Below, piece by piece: positions 20,021 to 28,050 of a DNA stretch of 64,000 bases. The notes beneath the pieces are model-generated. The model was not told the DNA's origin. It saw nothing but the letters and a program-made list of their open reading frames with translations, and ran no database searches. Source of the stretch: Rhodoferax sp. (GTDB taxonomy: Bacteria > Pseudomonadota > Gammaproteobacteria > Burkholderiales > Burkholderiaceae_C); the NCBI RefSeq assembly GCF_013791765.1, contig NZ_VMTC01000112.1. The stretch is one strand, 5' to 3'. Every line of letters starts with the position of its first letter. Positions within the stretch are counted from its first letter, which is position 1. The position numbers and the translations under genes are program-made.

Positions 20021-21688
20021 TCAACCGGGTGTAGCGGTGGCAGTTGCCTTAGCGGGCGTAGCGCCGCTGCGCAGGGTTAAACCGCCGGCCTGGCGCTTTT
20101 GTTCCCCCATGGCCGTTCGATTGCTGCTGGTGCCAAAACGCGTGCGCAACTCGTGCACGGCTTCCCCCAGGCTGTGCGCGTCGGCAATTTTTTCGGTGTA
20201 GCGATGCAGCACCAGGTAGGCGGTTTCGATTAACTTTGCGTTCAGCGTGGCATTGCCATGAAACAGCAAATGCTTGACTGAGGCCTGGGGGTCCCCGCCC
20301 ATGCTCAGCGAGACCGCATATTCGGTGATCTTCAGAATTTGGTTGTGGGCTGCGCGGACGCGCTCGGCATAGACCGGGTGGATCGCTGCAGCACCGGCGA
20401 GCAACTCGCTCAGGGCGATGTTGGTGCAAAAACGCAGTGCCAGTGCATCAACAAAATTCTGAACCTCGTCGAGTTGAATTGCTTTGTTGGCCAATTGCGC
20501 CATCAGGGCCAGTTGGTTGGAAGCGGATTCAAAATCAAAACCAGGCGACTTGACCGTGCGAGCCATGCTGCGGATCGCATCGACGGCCTGGGCAAACTGG
20601 CTTTGCTGAATCGATGACAGTACTTCGACAATGCCCGACAGGCGCTGCATGCGCTCGTTCTTCGGGCTTTTTTCGATCAGGCGGGCGAAGTCGTCTCGAC
20701 AGCGTTGCAGGCCTTTGCGGTCGCCGCTCTCAAGGCGGGTGAAGGCCAGTAAAACCAGTGTCTGGCAATCGAACATTTTAGAGTCCAGCCCCAACCTGGT
20801 GGTACGGTCAAGTATTTTCTCGGCTTCCTGGCGGTCGCCCGCGTAGTAGCTCATCATGCCCAAATTTTGCAAACGGCTGATGGACGCGGGCGTCAGTTCC
20901 GCCGCCATTTTGTAGGTGGCCAGCGCCTGGTCAAACTTGCCAAGTTCGAACTGGGCGCGACCCATCACGTCATAGGCATCGCTGTAGCTAGGGTCTTCGC
21001 TGATCAGGTTTTCCAGCGTGCTTGCAGCGCGGGCGGTCTGGCCCGAGTCCAGCAAGGATCGGGCTACGCCGAGTTTGGCCCAGGGCAGGGTTTTGGCTTG
21101 TACCACCGCTTCGTACATGGTCTGGGCTTGGGCATGCTTGCCGGTGCGTAGCAACAACTCAGCCCCTACGCGCGCGGCATAAAGCCAGAACAACCCTTTG
21201 GACTCAAAGCGCCGCTGGCAGAGCAGGGCTGCACGCTCAAATTCGTCCGATTCAATGGCGGCAAAGATGTCCTGTAGGGATATTTTTCGAATTCGGGCCT
21301 GGCGCAACCGGTCCCCCAGTTGGGTGGCCTTATGCGGCTTGAGTAAATAGCCATCCAGCGCAGACTCGGCAGCCTCTGCCACCTTGGCGTAGGTGGCCTC
21401 ACCCGTCACCATAATGAACACAGTTGAAAACGGCAGCAACTGGTTGCGCCGTAAGTCATCGAGCAAATCCTGGCCAGAAGAGGCCTCATTGGCAAAGTGA
21501 TGCTCGCACAGCACGACATCAAAAGAGCGGTACTCCAGTTGACGGCGCGCATCGGCCAGTCGGGCGCATTGCACCACACTGCCCATGCCGAAGTCCCGCA
21601 ACTGTGATACCAGAATCGAACGTGATGTCGGGTTGCTGTCAATAACCAGCGCCTGCGAGGCCGACAAGTCATCCTCAGGCAGCGCCAT
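20021..21688 (-). CDS. Receiver-domain plus TPR-repeat protein, 555 aa; atypical receiver with Glu at the phospho-acceptor position
   Basis: N-terminal CheY-like fold (ALVIDSN...FDVVLCEHHF...FIMVTGE...YLLKP), then TPR-like helical repeats (AYDVMGRAQFELGKFDQALATYKMAAEL...). Confidence 0.75.
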   Translation of the reverse strand: MALPEDDLSASQALVIDSNPTSRSILVSQLRDFGMGSVVQCARLADARRQLEYRSFDVVLCEHHFANEASSGQDLLDDLRRNQLLPFSTVFIMVTGEATYAKVAEAAESALDGYLLKPHKATQLGDRLRQARIRKISLQDIFAAIESDEFERAALLCQRRFESKGLFWLYAARVGAELLLRTGKHAQAQTMYEAVVQAKTLPWAKLGVARSLLDSGQTARAASTLENLISEDPSYSDAYDVMGRAQFELGKFDQALATYKMAAELTPASISRLQNLGMMSYYAGDRQEAEKILDRTTRLGLDSKMFDCQTLVLLAFTRLESGDRKGLQRCRDDFARLIEKSPKNERMQRLSGIVEVLSSIQQSQFAQAVDAIRSMARTVKSPGFDFESASNQLALMAQLANKAIQLDEVQNFVDALALRFCTNIALSELLAGAAAIHPVYAERVRAAHNQILKITEYAVSLSMGGDPQASVKHLLFHGNATLNAKLIETAYLVLHRYTEKIADAHSLGEAVHELRTRFGTSSNRTAMGEQKRQAGGLTLRSGATPAKATATATPG

Positions 21689-21840
21689 CAGTCAGGCTCC
21701 GGCAATGATCGGGATGCTAGAGTTGAATAATAAATTTGCTCACCTCTTTGTATTTTTGAAAATGATAGCACCAAGGTCAGCCATTGTCAGGTTAGCGGCC
21801 GCCGTACAACAACCAAATTATCAGGAAGCCGGGCGCGCGG

Positions 21841-22452
21841 TCATCGACGTATCAGCCGCACGGCCAATTCATGCGAGAGATTAGGGTGCAAGACCTTGGT
21901 GTATGGCGGCTTTGGCCAATCCCATTCCTTTTGCGGGAACAGCGCGCGCATGGCATTGATGTCGCAGTGGTAGGGCGGCCCCTGAATCTGGCCCTCCTCA
22001 GTGGCGCCCGGGCGAATCATCTGCATGAACAGTATCCAAAGACTGCCCTGCGGCTCCAGCCATTGGTGCAGTTGCCGCGCATAGTCGAACCAGTGTTCGG
22101 GATGAATGGCACACAAGCAGGTTTGCTCGTAAATGGCGGCAAATTTCCTCTCGGGCTGGTAGCTCAGCACGTCTGCCTGAACGACATCGGCCTTCAGGCC
22201 CCGGGCAGCACAAAGCGCATGGGTTCGCTCAGTCGCCGCCGCGGTGTAGTCCAGCCCGGTGACCTCAAAGCCGCGCTGCGCAAGCTCCGCCACTTCCCAT
22301 CCACCGCCGCAGCCAGGCACCGCGATCCGACACGGCTGCAGCTCACTGCTGTCCAGCCAGGCCAGCAGTTGAGGGCTGGTGTTGCCACGGTCCCAGCCGG
22401 TTTCTCTTTTTTCAAAACGCTCCTGCCAAAATTGAGTTGTTGGGCCAGCCAT
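21841..22452 (-). CDS. TPMT-like SAM-dependent methyltransferase, about 203 aa
   Basis: FWQERFEKRETGWDRG...RIAVPGCGGGWEVAELAQRGFEVTGLDY has a thiopurine/halide methyltransferase-like N-terminus and SAM motif I. ATG 22452 is preferred over the alternative-start track ORF (22560). Confidence 0.7.
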   Translation of the reverse strand: MAGPTTQFWQERFEKRETGWDRGNTSPQLLAWLDSSELQPCRIAVPGCGGGWEVAELAQRGFEVTGLDYTAAATERTHALCAARGLKADVVQADVLSYQPERKFAAIYEQTCLCAIHPEHWFDYARQLHQWLEPQGSLWILFMQMIRPGATEEGQIQGPPYHCDINAMRALFPQKEWDWPKPPYTKVLHPNLSHELAVRLIRR

Positions 22453-22667
22453 GTCAAATACCTCGTAAATACCAAACACCGTGCCACCGACGAAGCCGAT
22501 GCCCCTGTATTTTGCCAGCGGCTCAGCGTGGGTGATCAGGGTTTTCGCTGTGCGCAACAAGCTCTTGAATTGACGCTGAAACTGATCGGCAATGGCCTGC
22601 GGGTTGACGGACCAACTGCTGCGTCATCGGTCCAAAGCCCGCTGGCGTGAAAAAGCCATGAACTGCA

Positions 22668-23570
22668 TCAGCCGCGCCGACTGACCGAGAGGCTTTGCGT
22701 AGCCCGGCCAATGAAGCCGTGACTGTCGTAGAGCGCCGACTCCGCCAGACCGCCGCCGTCCGGGCCGAGGTAGGTCCGCGCATCCAGGCAGATCCATTGA
22801 CCTTGCGGTCGCCGCAACAAATTGATCGTCAGATCCGAGTTGACAAAGCTGTAATTTTTTAAGTCAAGAATCGCGCTGATGCCATTGCCCGAGTCAGCCG
22901 CAACGGCGACGCGCTGGTAGACGCTGGGCAACTCGTTGGCCAGCAGCGGATGACGCAAGCGGAACCAGACCGCACAAGGGCCGTGGAACAAGCGGCCCTG
23001 CGCCACCCGGGTTTCGACCAAATCAGCGTAGCCCACATGCTCAGACGCGAAGGGGAAGACGTCCAATGGCGACTCGTCCGGCACTTTGGGTGCCAGCGGC
23101 AATGGGTGCCCCGGCAGGCCTTCAGGGAGGCCCACCTCGCTTTCGCGTTGGGCCAGCGCCGTGAAGCGCGCGACTTCCTTGCCGCCAGCCATTAATCGTG
23201 CTGAAAAATGACCAGCGTTGCGTCCGGCATAGTCGGTGGCGAGCTCGATATCGAGCTCGCCAATGGGCACGGGGCGCAGCAAATTGGCAGTCAGACGCGA
23301 GATGTGAGTCAATCCATGGCCTGCCGCGACACGCTCAATGGCGCGGCACACCAGCGCGATCGGTGGACCGGCGTGCTGGTGCTCGGGGTGCCAGGGACCG
23401 CGCGTGAGCAGGCTGGCACGGTAGCAGCCGTTGTCAAGCAATTCGTAAGCGCTGGTGGGCAACACGCGGCGGGTTGCATCCATCATGGTCACCGCCGTGC
23501 TGGGCAGGTCGCCCAAGTGCATGAAAGCGAGCCTGGCTGGTGATTCAACATATTCCAACATCCATTTCAA
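22668..23570 (-). CDS. Thioesterase-family (double hot-dog, acyl-CoA thioesterase-like) protein, 300 aa
   Basis: The track ORF sequence resembles TesB-like/4HBT_3 proteins (GPWHPEHQHAGPPIALVCRAIE...). Assigned from memory of the family only. Confidence 0.55.
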   Translation of the reverse strand: MKWMLEYVESPARLAFMHLGDLPSTAVTMMDATRRVLPTSAYELLDNGCYRASLLTRGPWHPEHQHAGPPIALVCRAIERVAAGHGLTHISRLTANLLRPVPIGELDIELATDYAGRNAGHFSARLMAGGKEVARFTALAQRESEVGLPEGLPGHPLPLAPKVPDESPLDVFPFASEHVGYADLVETRVAQGRLFHGPCAVWFRLRHPLLANELPSVYQRVAVAADSGNGISAILDLKNYSFVNSDLTINLLRRPQGQWICLDARTYLGPDGGGLAESALYDSHGFIGRATQSLSVSRRG

Positions 23571-23782
23571 TTTTGACGTTCAGGCCATGATTGAACGCTC
23601 GGGCAAAGTTGTAGATCGGCGAAAAACACCCGCATCCGTGTTCATTTTTACGTCAATCATGAGACTATGCCTGACTCAAGCCAGACGCCGTTGCGACAGT
23701 GCTCGGTCGCGCCGGTTGAACGCGGTGCCCAAGGCAGCAACGCACGCGTGCCAAACGCGCTGTCTGGGGCTGGCGGGGGGGC

Positions 23783-24127
23783 TCAGACTTTCGTTTTGGG
23801 CTTGGCGGGCGCAGCGGGGGCGGTGCTGGCGGCTGGTGCGGCTATGTTTGAGTCTTCCTCAAGTACTTCTTCAAACTCGGCCAATTCTTTGCCTATGGCG
23901 GCAAATTTCTTGGACTTTGCTCTGTTGTCGATCCATTGCAGTGCAGCTGCTTCCAGGTCTTCTTTGAAGTGCGCGAGTGCTGATTCTTTGATGGCCTTTG
24001 TTGCCGTGTTTGCGGTACTGGACCAGAGATCAATTAGCTCTGACAGAGCGTTGTCAAAGTCCTCAAAAGTTTCAAGGCGTATCCACTGGCCGCTTTTATC
24101 AAACATTTTGTCTTTCGGTAATTGCAT
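23783..24127 (-). CDS. Hypothetical acidic helical protein with Ala/Pro-rich basic tail, about 114 aa
   Basis: Track ORF 23783..24187. The internal ATG 24127 gives MQLPKDKMFDKSGQWIRLETFEDF... No family recognised. Lies in a lower-GC stretch. Confidence 0.45.
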   Translation of the reverse strand: MQLPKDKMFDKSGQWIRLETFEDFDNALSELIDLWSSTANTATKAIKESALAHFKEDLEAAALQWIDNRAKSKKFAAIGKELAEFEEVLEEDSNIAAPAASTAPAAPAKPKTKV

Positions 24128-24334
24128 GTGTTTCAGTTTAGGGGGGGATGGGCCTAGGTCGAGGCATCCACGTTGCCGACAACCCATGCATGCATTGGTG
24201 CATTAGATGGTTTGAAGAGCCCAGCACCAACATAGGCTTGCGAGAAATTTTGATCAAGCTAGCGAAAGCAGCCAAAACCAAGCCGGACCGAATTTGGTTA
24301 TTGGCCGTCGAAACGCGCAGTTGAGTGAAGTCAG

Positions 24335-24514
24335 TCAGTCAGAATTCCGCGATGACGCAGGACGATCCAAGTCTTTTGGAGCCTGGTCCACTTTCCTTTG
24401 ATTGAACTTGACCGCTGCTGCGGCCAACTTTTGCTTTCGCTCCAGGTTGAGTCTCTCCAACTCTGCGCTGTTGCTTTTTTTGATGTTTGGGTCTTTGCCA
24501 AATCTGGTTGCCAT
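24335..24514 (-). CDS. Possible small basic protein, 59 aa (below track cutoff)
   Basis: GAAGGAAGG lies 7 nt upstream of ATG 24514. Reads MATRFGKDPNIKKSNSAELERLNLERKQKLAAAAVKFNQRKVDQAPKDLDRPASSRNSD*. It competes with the 66-aa track ORF 24331..24531 in another frame. Confidence 0.3.
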   Translation of the reverse strand: MATRFGKDPNIKKSNSAELERLNLERKQKLAAAAVKFNQRKVDQAPKDLDRPASSRNSD

Positions 24515-24769
24515 AGTGTGCCTTCCTTCACTTTAGTCTAACTGAGAAAGTTAAGCTAGCTATTGACTACCCCAAAAAGCTGGAGCAGAATTTGCTTGCG
24601 ACCGAGTCTGTACCCTCGGTGAAGGAGCCTCATACATGACCATGGACCCTACTTACGCTCACACCTAAATGGCGGTTTTCCGTCACTATGCTTCCCATAC
24701 TTGAGGAAGCAAATCAAAGGGCTGGGGTTTGTTATGAGCCCTGCCCTTTTTCATGTTTCTGCCGTCCTT

Positions 24770-24964
24770 CTAGCCCGACTTACCGCTGCGCGGCCCAAGG
24801 AAGTACCAGAGCAGCAGACCCAGAACAGGCAGCAACACGACGACGATTATCCAGATCAATTTTTTTTCGTTGGATGCCGAGCTTTGAAAAATGTTGAGAA
24901 TGGCCCAAATGTCCCCGGCAAGCACCAGTACGCCGATGAGCCCGTTGTATCCATATTGCATCAT
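24770..24964 (-). CDS. PLDc_N-type small two-helix membrane protein, 64 aa
   Basis: LIGVLVLAGDIWAILNIFQS...KLIWIIVVVLLPVLGLLLWYFLGPR matches the short cardiolipin-synthase N-terminal (PLDc_N) family pattern. Confidence 0.65.
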   Translation of the reverse strand: MMQYGYNGLIGVLVLAGDIWAILNIFQSSASNEKKLIWIIVVVLLPVLGLLLWYFLGPRSGKSG

Positions 24965-25037
24965 TTCAGGTTCCTTTTCCTAGTAGCACAAGTCGCAGTG
25001 CGTGAGTATCAGGCAATGTAGCTTGAATATGCCCTCA

Positions 25038-25496
25038 TCAATCCTTGCGAAATTGGTTGTGGCATGTTTTGCAACTGTGTTGGACATCATTGACAGCCGT
25101 TTTGACAATGTCTAGATTGCCATCCTCCGCCGCCTTGACGAGTTGGCTCACCGCAGCCTGATAATTTTCCTGCGCGTATTTGAATTCGCTGGACTGCATC
25201 CAGACCGCGGGTTTGGCACGTGTCGGCGGGTAATTGCTGTCCGATGTGAAATAACCCCAGGGCTGCATCGCCAGTTTTTGCAGAGCCAACGCGCTAATGT
25301 GGAATTCACGCGGGTCGTAGTCCTTGCGATCACGGGCAACCATGCCCATGGGTTCCAACGTGCGCGTGAATTCCTTAAAAATTGCCCTGCGCTTGGTGAC
25401 AAGTTGATCGGGGTGCTTGTCGGGCGCTTCGCCACAGGCAGTTAGCGCAAGTACGGCAGCAATGGCAACCAGAGAGGTCGATTTTAGTATTGGCAT
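25038..25496 (-). CDS. Class II (c-prime/c556-like) cytochrome c lipoprotein, 152 aa
   Basis: Lipobox LALTAC at the N-terminus and a single C-terminal haem site CKTCHNQFR, typical of four-helix-bundle class II cytochromes c. Confidence 0.75.
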   Translation of the reverse strand: MPILKSTSLVAIAAVLALTACGEAPDKHPDQLVTKRRAIFKEFTRTLEPMGMVARDRKDYDPREFHISALALQKLAMQPWGYFTSDSNYPPTRAKPAVWMQSSEFKYAQENYQAAVSQLVKAAEDGNLDIVKTAVNDVQHSCKTCHNQFRKD

Positions 25497-25601
25497 GGAT
25501 TTCTTGACTCACAGGAAGACGTCTACGATGGCCGACCTCCGCATCCACCCGACCGAAGCAATGCAGGGCTCAGTGGTTTGCAATGAGTCAACGCGGACAA
25601 G

Positions 25602-25633
25602 AAAAAAGCACTTAAGGCAAAAACTTAAGTGCT
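25602..25633 (-). terminator. Hairpin terminator downstream of tRNA-Asn (bidirectional shape)
   Basis: AGCACTTAAG-N7-CTTAAGTGCT is a perfect 10-bp stem flanked by A6 on one side and T-rich sequence on the other. Confidence 0.65.
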
Positions 25634-25651
25634 TGATTCGTTTTTGAATTT

Positions 25652-25727
25652 TGGCTCCTCGACCTGGGCTCGAACCAGGGACCTACGGATTAACAGTCCG
25701 GCGCTCTACCAACTGAGCTATCGAGGA
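25652..25727 (-). tRNA. tRNA-Asn (anticodon GUU), 76 nt with encoded CCA
   Basis: The reverse complement is TCCTCGATAGCTCAGTTGGTAGAGCGCCGGACTGTTAATCCGTAGGTCCCTGGTTCGAGCCCAGGTCGAGGAGCCA. Cloverleaf arms are readable. Confidence 0.93.
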
Positions 25728-25933
25728 ATATCTTTTGATCAACAGCTTCTTTTTTCGATGCTGGCAACAGTCATCGCCTAGCAATGAACGTTGAGACAGC
25801 GAGAATTATAGGGTACTTTTTTGGCTGCAATTCATTGCTCTTAGCAGACTGTGCGATTTGAATACTTCTAACCCATTGACGCCAGTGCATCGGCCTTTCA
25901 TTTCAACGAAACAGGTCGTAAACGACTGGTGCT

Positions 25934-27844
25934 TCAGCTTTCCCGATTTGCCGTGGGCCAGGAGCGGACGCAGTTGCGGCCGTCATGCTTGGCCTGATAG
26001 AGCGCTTTGTCCGCCTGGGCCAATAGCGCTTGTGGGCTCAGGTATTGGTTGGGTATGCCACTGGCCACGCCAAAGCTGGCGGTAACACGAATCGTGCGCC
26101 CTTCAAATGGGATAGCAAGTTTTTCAATGTCTGCGCGGAATCCCTCGGCCAGTGCCATTGAATCCTTCATGCTGCTGTCAATGAGCAGCATGACAAATTC
26201 TTCACCACCATAACGGGCCAGGACATCACCGACACGTTGAATTCGAGGCCGCATCAGCCCGGCCAAGGCGCGCAGGCAAGCATCACCGCCCAGGTGGCCG
26301 TAAGTGTCGTTAACCAGCTTGAAGTGATCAAGATCAATCATGACTACCGAAAGCGAACTTTTGGCTCGGTCCGCTCTGCGATGTTCCGCGGCCAGGGCGC
26401 TGTCAAAGAACGCGCGGTTGCTGATTTGGGTGAGCCCGTCCACGCTGGACAAGCGTTGCAACTGATCGTTGGCCAGCTGGAGTTGATCCAGCGTGAGGTT
26501 CAGGTCATTGGTGCGTGCCGTGACCCGTTGTTCCAGCTCGCGGTTTGCCTCTTCTTTTGTCTTGAGCAGCGCCTCCTGCGCGGAGCGTGCCCAGCGCTCA
26601 TGGCCAAGTGCCACCGCCTGCGCATTGATCCTGAGCGTACGATCATGGTTGATCCGGTCAGTCAGTGTGAACGACAGAAACAGAACCAGCAGGACAATGC
26701 CAATCTGGGAGGCATTTTCGGTCCAGATGTTGGACGGGACCAAGCCAAATTTGCCGGCATTCAGAACGCTTAGGCTAATCAGCACGGTGGTCCAGGCGAT
26801 GCAGTAATAGCGCGCAAATTTGGCGCCGCGCCACCAGCGCCAGTAACCCAGCGCCAATGCCGTCAGGCAAATGGGAATGGTGAACGCGGCGCCTACACGC
26901 ACTGTCCAGCTGTAAGGTAAAACAAAAGTCAGCGCAACCAGCAAGGCGCTTGCGATGACCAGCGCCCGCGTCAGGTAATGCGCTGGCCTGGAAAACGCGC
27001 TCAGCCGAAGAAAGCTCCCGGCAAACAGACTGGCGAACAACTCTGAACTGGCCACGAAGGTTGAGATGGCAATGCTGTTCCAGCGTACTGCGGCCGGCCA
27101 GACATAGGCAAAGGCGTAGCCGTTCAAGCTTACGTGAAAGAATAGGTAGCTCGCCACAAATCCAATGTAATAGAGGTAGTTGACGTCACGGGTTGAAAAG
27201 TAGACGAACAGGTTGTAGAAGATCATGATTAACAAGATGCCAATCACAAGACCCTGCAACAATTTGTCATCATCGTTCGCTTCGTAAAAACGGGTTGGAT
27301 CCCAGATTCGAAAAGGCGCCTCGATCGTGCCAGATGAGGCCAGACGGATGTAGATCAAATTGGCCCCAGGCGCCAGATTCAGGGGCATGACAAAATTCTG
27401 GTGTCGAACAACGCGCTGTGCAAAGGGCATTTCATCGCCCAAGCGGTAGCTGGTTTTGAGTTGGCCAGCCGTGTAGTGGTACAACTGCACATCGTCAATG
27501 AACGGTATCGGCAATTCAATGAAGCGGGCGGCGTCTTGCTGACCGAGGTTGTCGATCTGGAAGCGAAACCAGTAAGCGTCGTTGGTGAATCCAAAATTGG
27601 GCGATCGACGGGTGATGGTCTGCCACACTTTTGCCGGTGCCATGACCTGATCTGGCGCCAACGCTCTGGTGCTGTCGACCAGCAGGCCCATGTGGGATTC
27701 AACGTCGATTCGCCCGGGTGTCTGCGCCGACACCTCAAAGACTGGAAAACTGGAGTCTGGTGCGATCGGCGATGCGTTCAGCGCGGCGCTAGCCAGGCAC
27801 AGTAGGCTTGCCAATATGTAAAGGACAACGGCTTTCAAATTCAA
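25934..27844 (-). CDS. 7TMR-DISM sensor diguanylate cyclase (extracellular DISMED2 domain, 7 TM helices, GGDEF), about 636 aa
   Basis: YWFRFQIDN... extracellular domain, seven hydrophobic helices, a coiled coil, then GGDEF with an intact RYGGEEF A-site and RVGD (RxxD) I-site five residues upstream. I prefer the TTG 27844 start (GGAGA 9 nt upstream, giving the signal-like M-NLKAVVLYILASLLCLASA). The track start 28045 would overlap dnaX and the SRP-RNA motif. ATG 27961 is an alternative. Confidence 0.8.
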   Translation of the reverse strand: MNLKAVVLYILASLLCLASAALNASPIAPDSSFPVFEVSAQTPGRIDVESHMGLLVDSTRALAPDQVMAPAKVWQTITRRSPNFGFTNDAYWFRFQIDNLGQQDAARFIELPIPFIDDVQLYHYTAGQLKTSYRLGDEMPFAQRVVRHQNFVMPLNLAPGANLIYIRLASSGTIEAPFRIWDPTRFYEANDDDKLLQGLVIGILLIMIFYNLFVYFSTRDVNYLYYIGFVASYLFFHVSLNGYAFAYVWPAAVRWNSIAISTFVASSELFASLFAGSFLRLSAFSRPAHYLTRALVIASALLVALTFVLPYSWTVRVGAAFTIPICLTALALGYWRWWRGAKFARYYCIAWTTVLISLSVLNAGKFGLVPSNIWTENASQIGIVLLVLFLSFTLTDRINHDRTLRINAQAVALGHERWARSAQEALLKTKEEANRELEQRVTARTNDLNLTLDQLQLANDQLQRLSSVDGLTQISNRAFFDSALAAEHRRADRAKSSLSVVMIDLDHFKLVNDTYGHLGGDACLRALAGLMRPRIQRVGDVLARYGGEEFVMLLIDSSMKDSMALAEGFRADIEKLAIPFEGRTIRVTASFGVASGIPNQYLSPQALLAQADKALYQAKHDGRNCVRSWPTANRES

Positions 27845-27887
27845 GAGCAGAATTCTCCAGGGTTGTACTTTGGAATGAGGTTGACGA

Positions 27888-27980
27888 GCCTTGACCCCGG
27901 CACTGGCTTCACAGTTAGGGCTGCTTGGTTCCCCATCTGACCCGGTTGGCCGCTTCACCATGCGGGAAGGCCCGTCAAGA
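27888..27980 (-). ncRNA. ffs: Probable signal recognition particle RNA (4.5S, ffs); ends approximate
   Basis: The minus strand at 27943-27918 reads GGGUCAGAUGGGGAACCAAGCAGCCC. The E. coli 4.5S domain IV is GGUCAGGUCCGGAAGGAAGCAGCC. The GGAA tetraloop and both conserved loop strands (UCAG../AGCAG) are the same, and the closing stem covaries (UGG/CCA instead of UCC/GGA). The outer stem CUUGAC...GUCAAG bounds about 90 nt. Confidence 0.5.
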
Positions 27981-28050
27981 GAAATTATATGGCAGAGTGG
28001 CTGCTTCGGTTTTCTTGGCTGGCACTGGTCGCACCTTAGAATCAAGCCCC

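Noticed and set aside
22453-22620. N-terminal extension of the methyltransferase ORF (WSVNPQAIADQFQRQFKSLLRTAKTLITHAEPLAKYRGIGFVGGTVFGIYEVFD)
   Set aside because: It looks protein-like, but the family's usual N-terminus begins at MAGPTTQFWQERF. The extension has only an alternative start codon. It is left unannotated as a possible relic.
24150-24170. 13/15-nt similarity to the 3' end of tRNA-Asn (possible att site for the low-GC islet)
   Set aside because: The match is in inverted rather than direct orientation relative to the tRNA, is short, and lies inside an ORF extension. It is most likely chance.
27845-28045. N-terminal 67 codons of the 703-aa GGDEF track ORF
   Set aside because: This stretch would overlap the dnaX start and run through the SRP-RNA-like motif. 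The encoded peptide (MILRCDQCQPRKPKQ...) precedes the signal-anchor, and a TTG with a good SD lies right before the hydrophobic segment.
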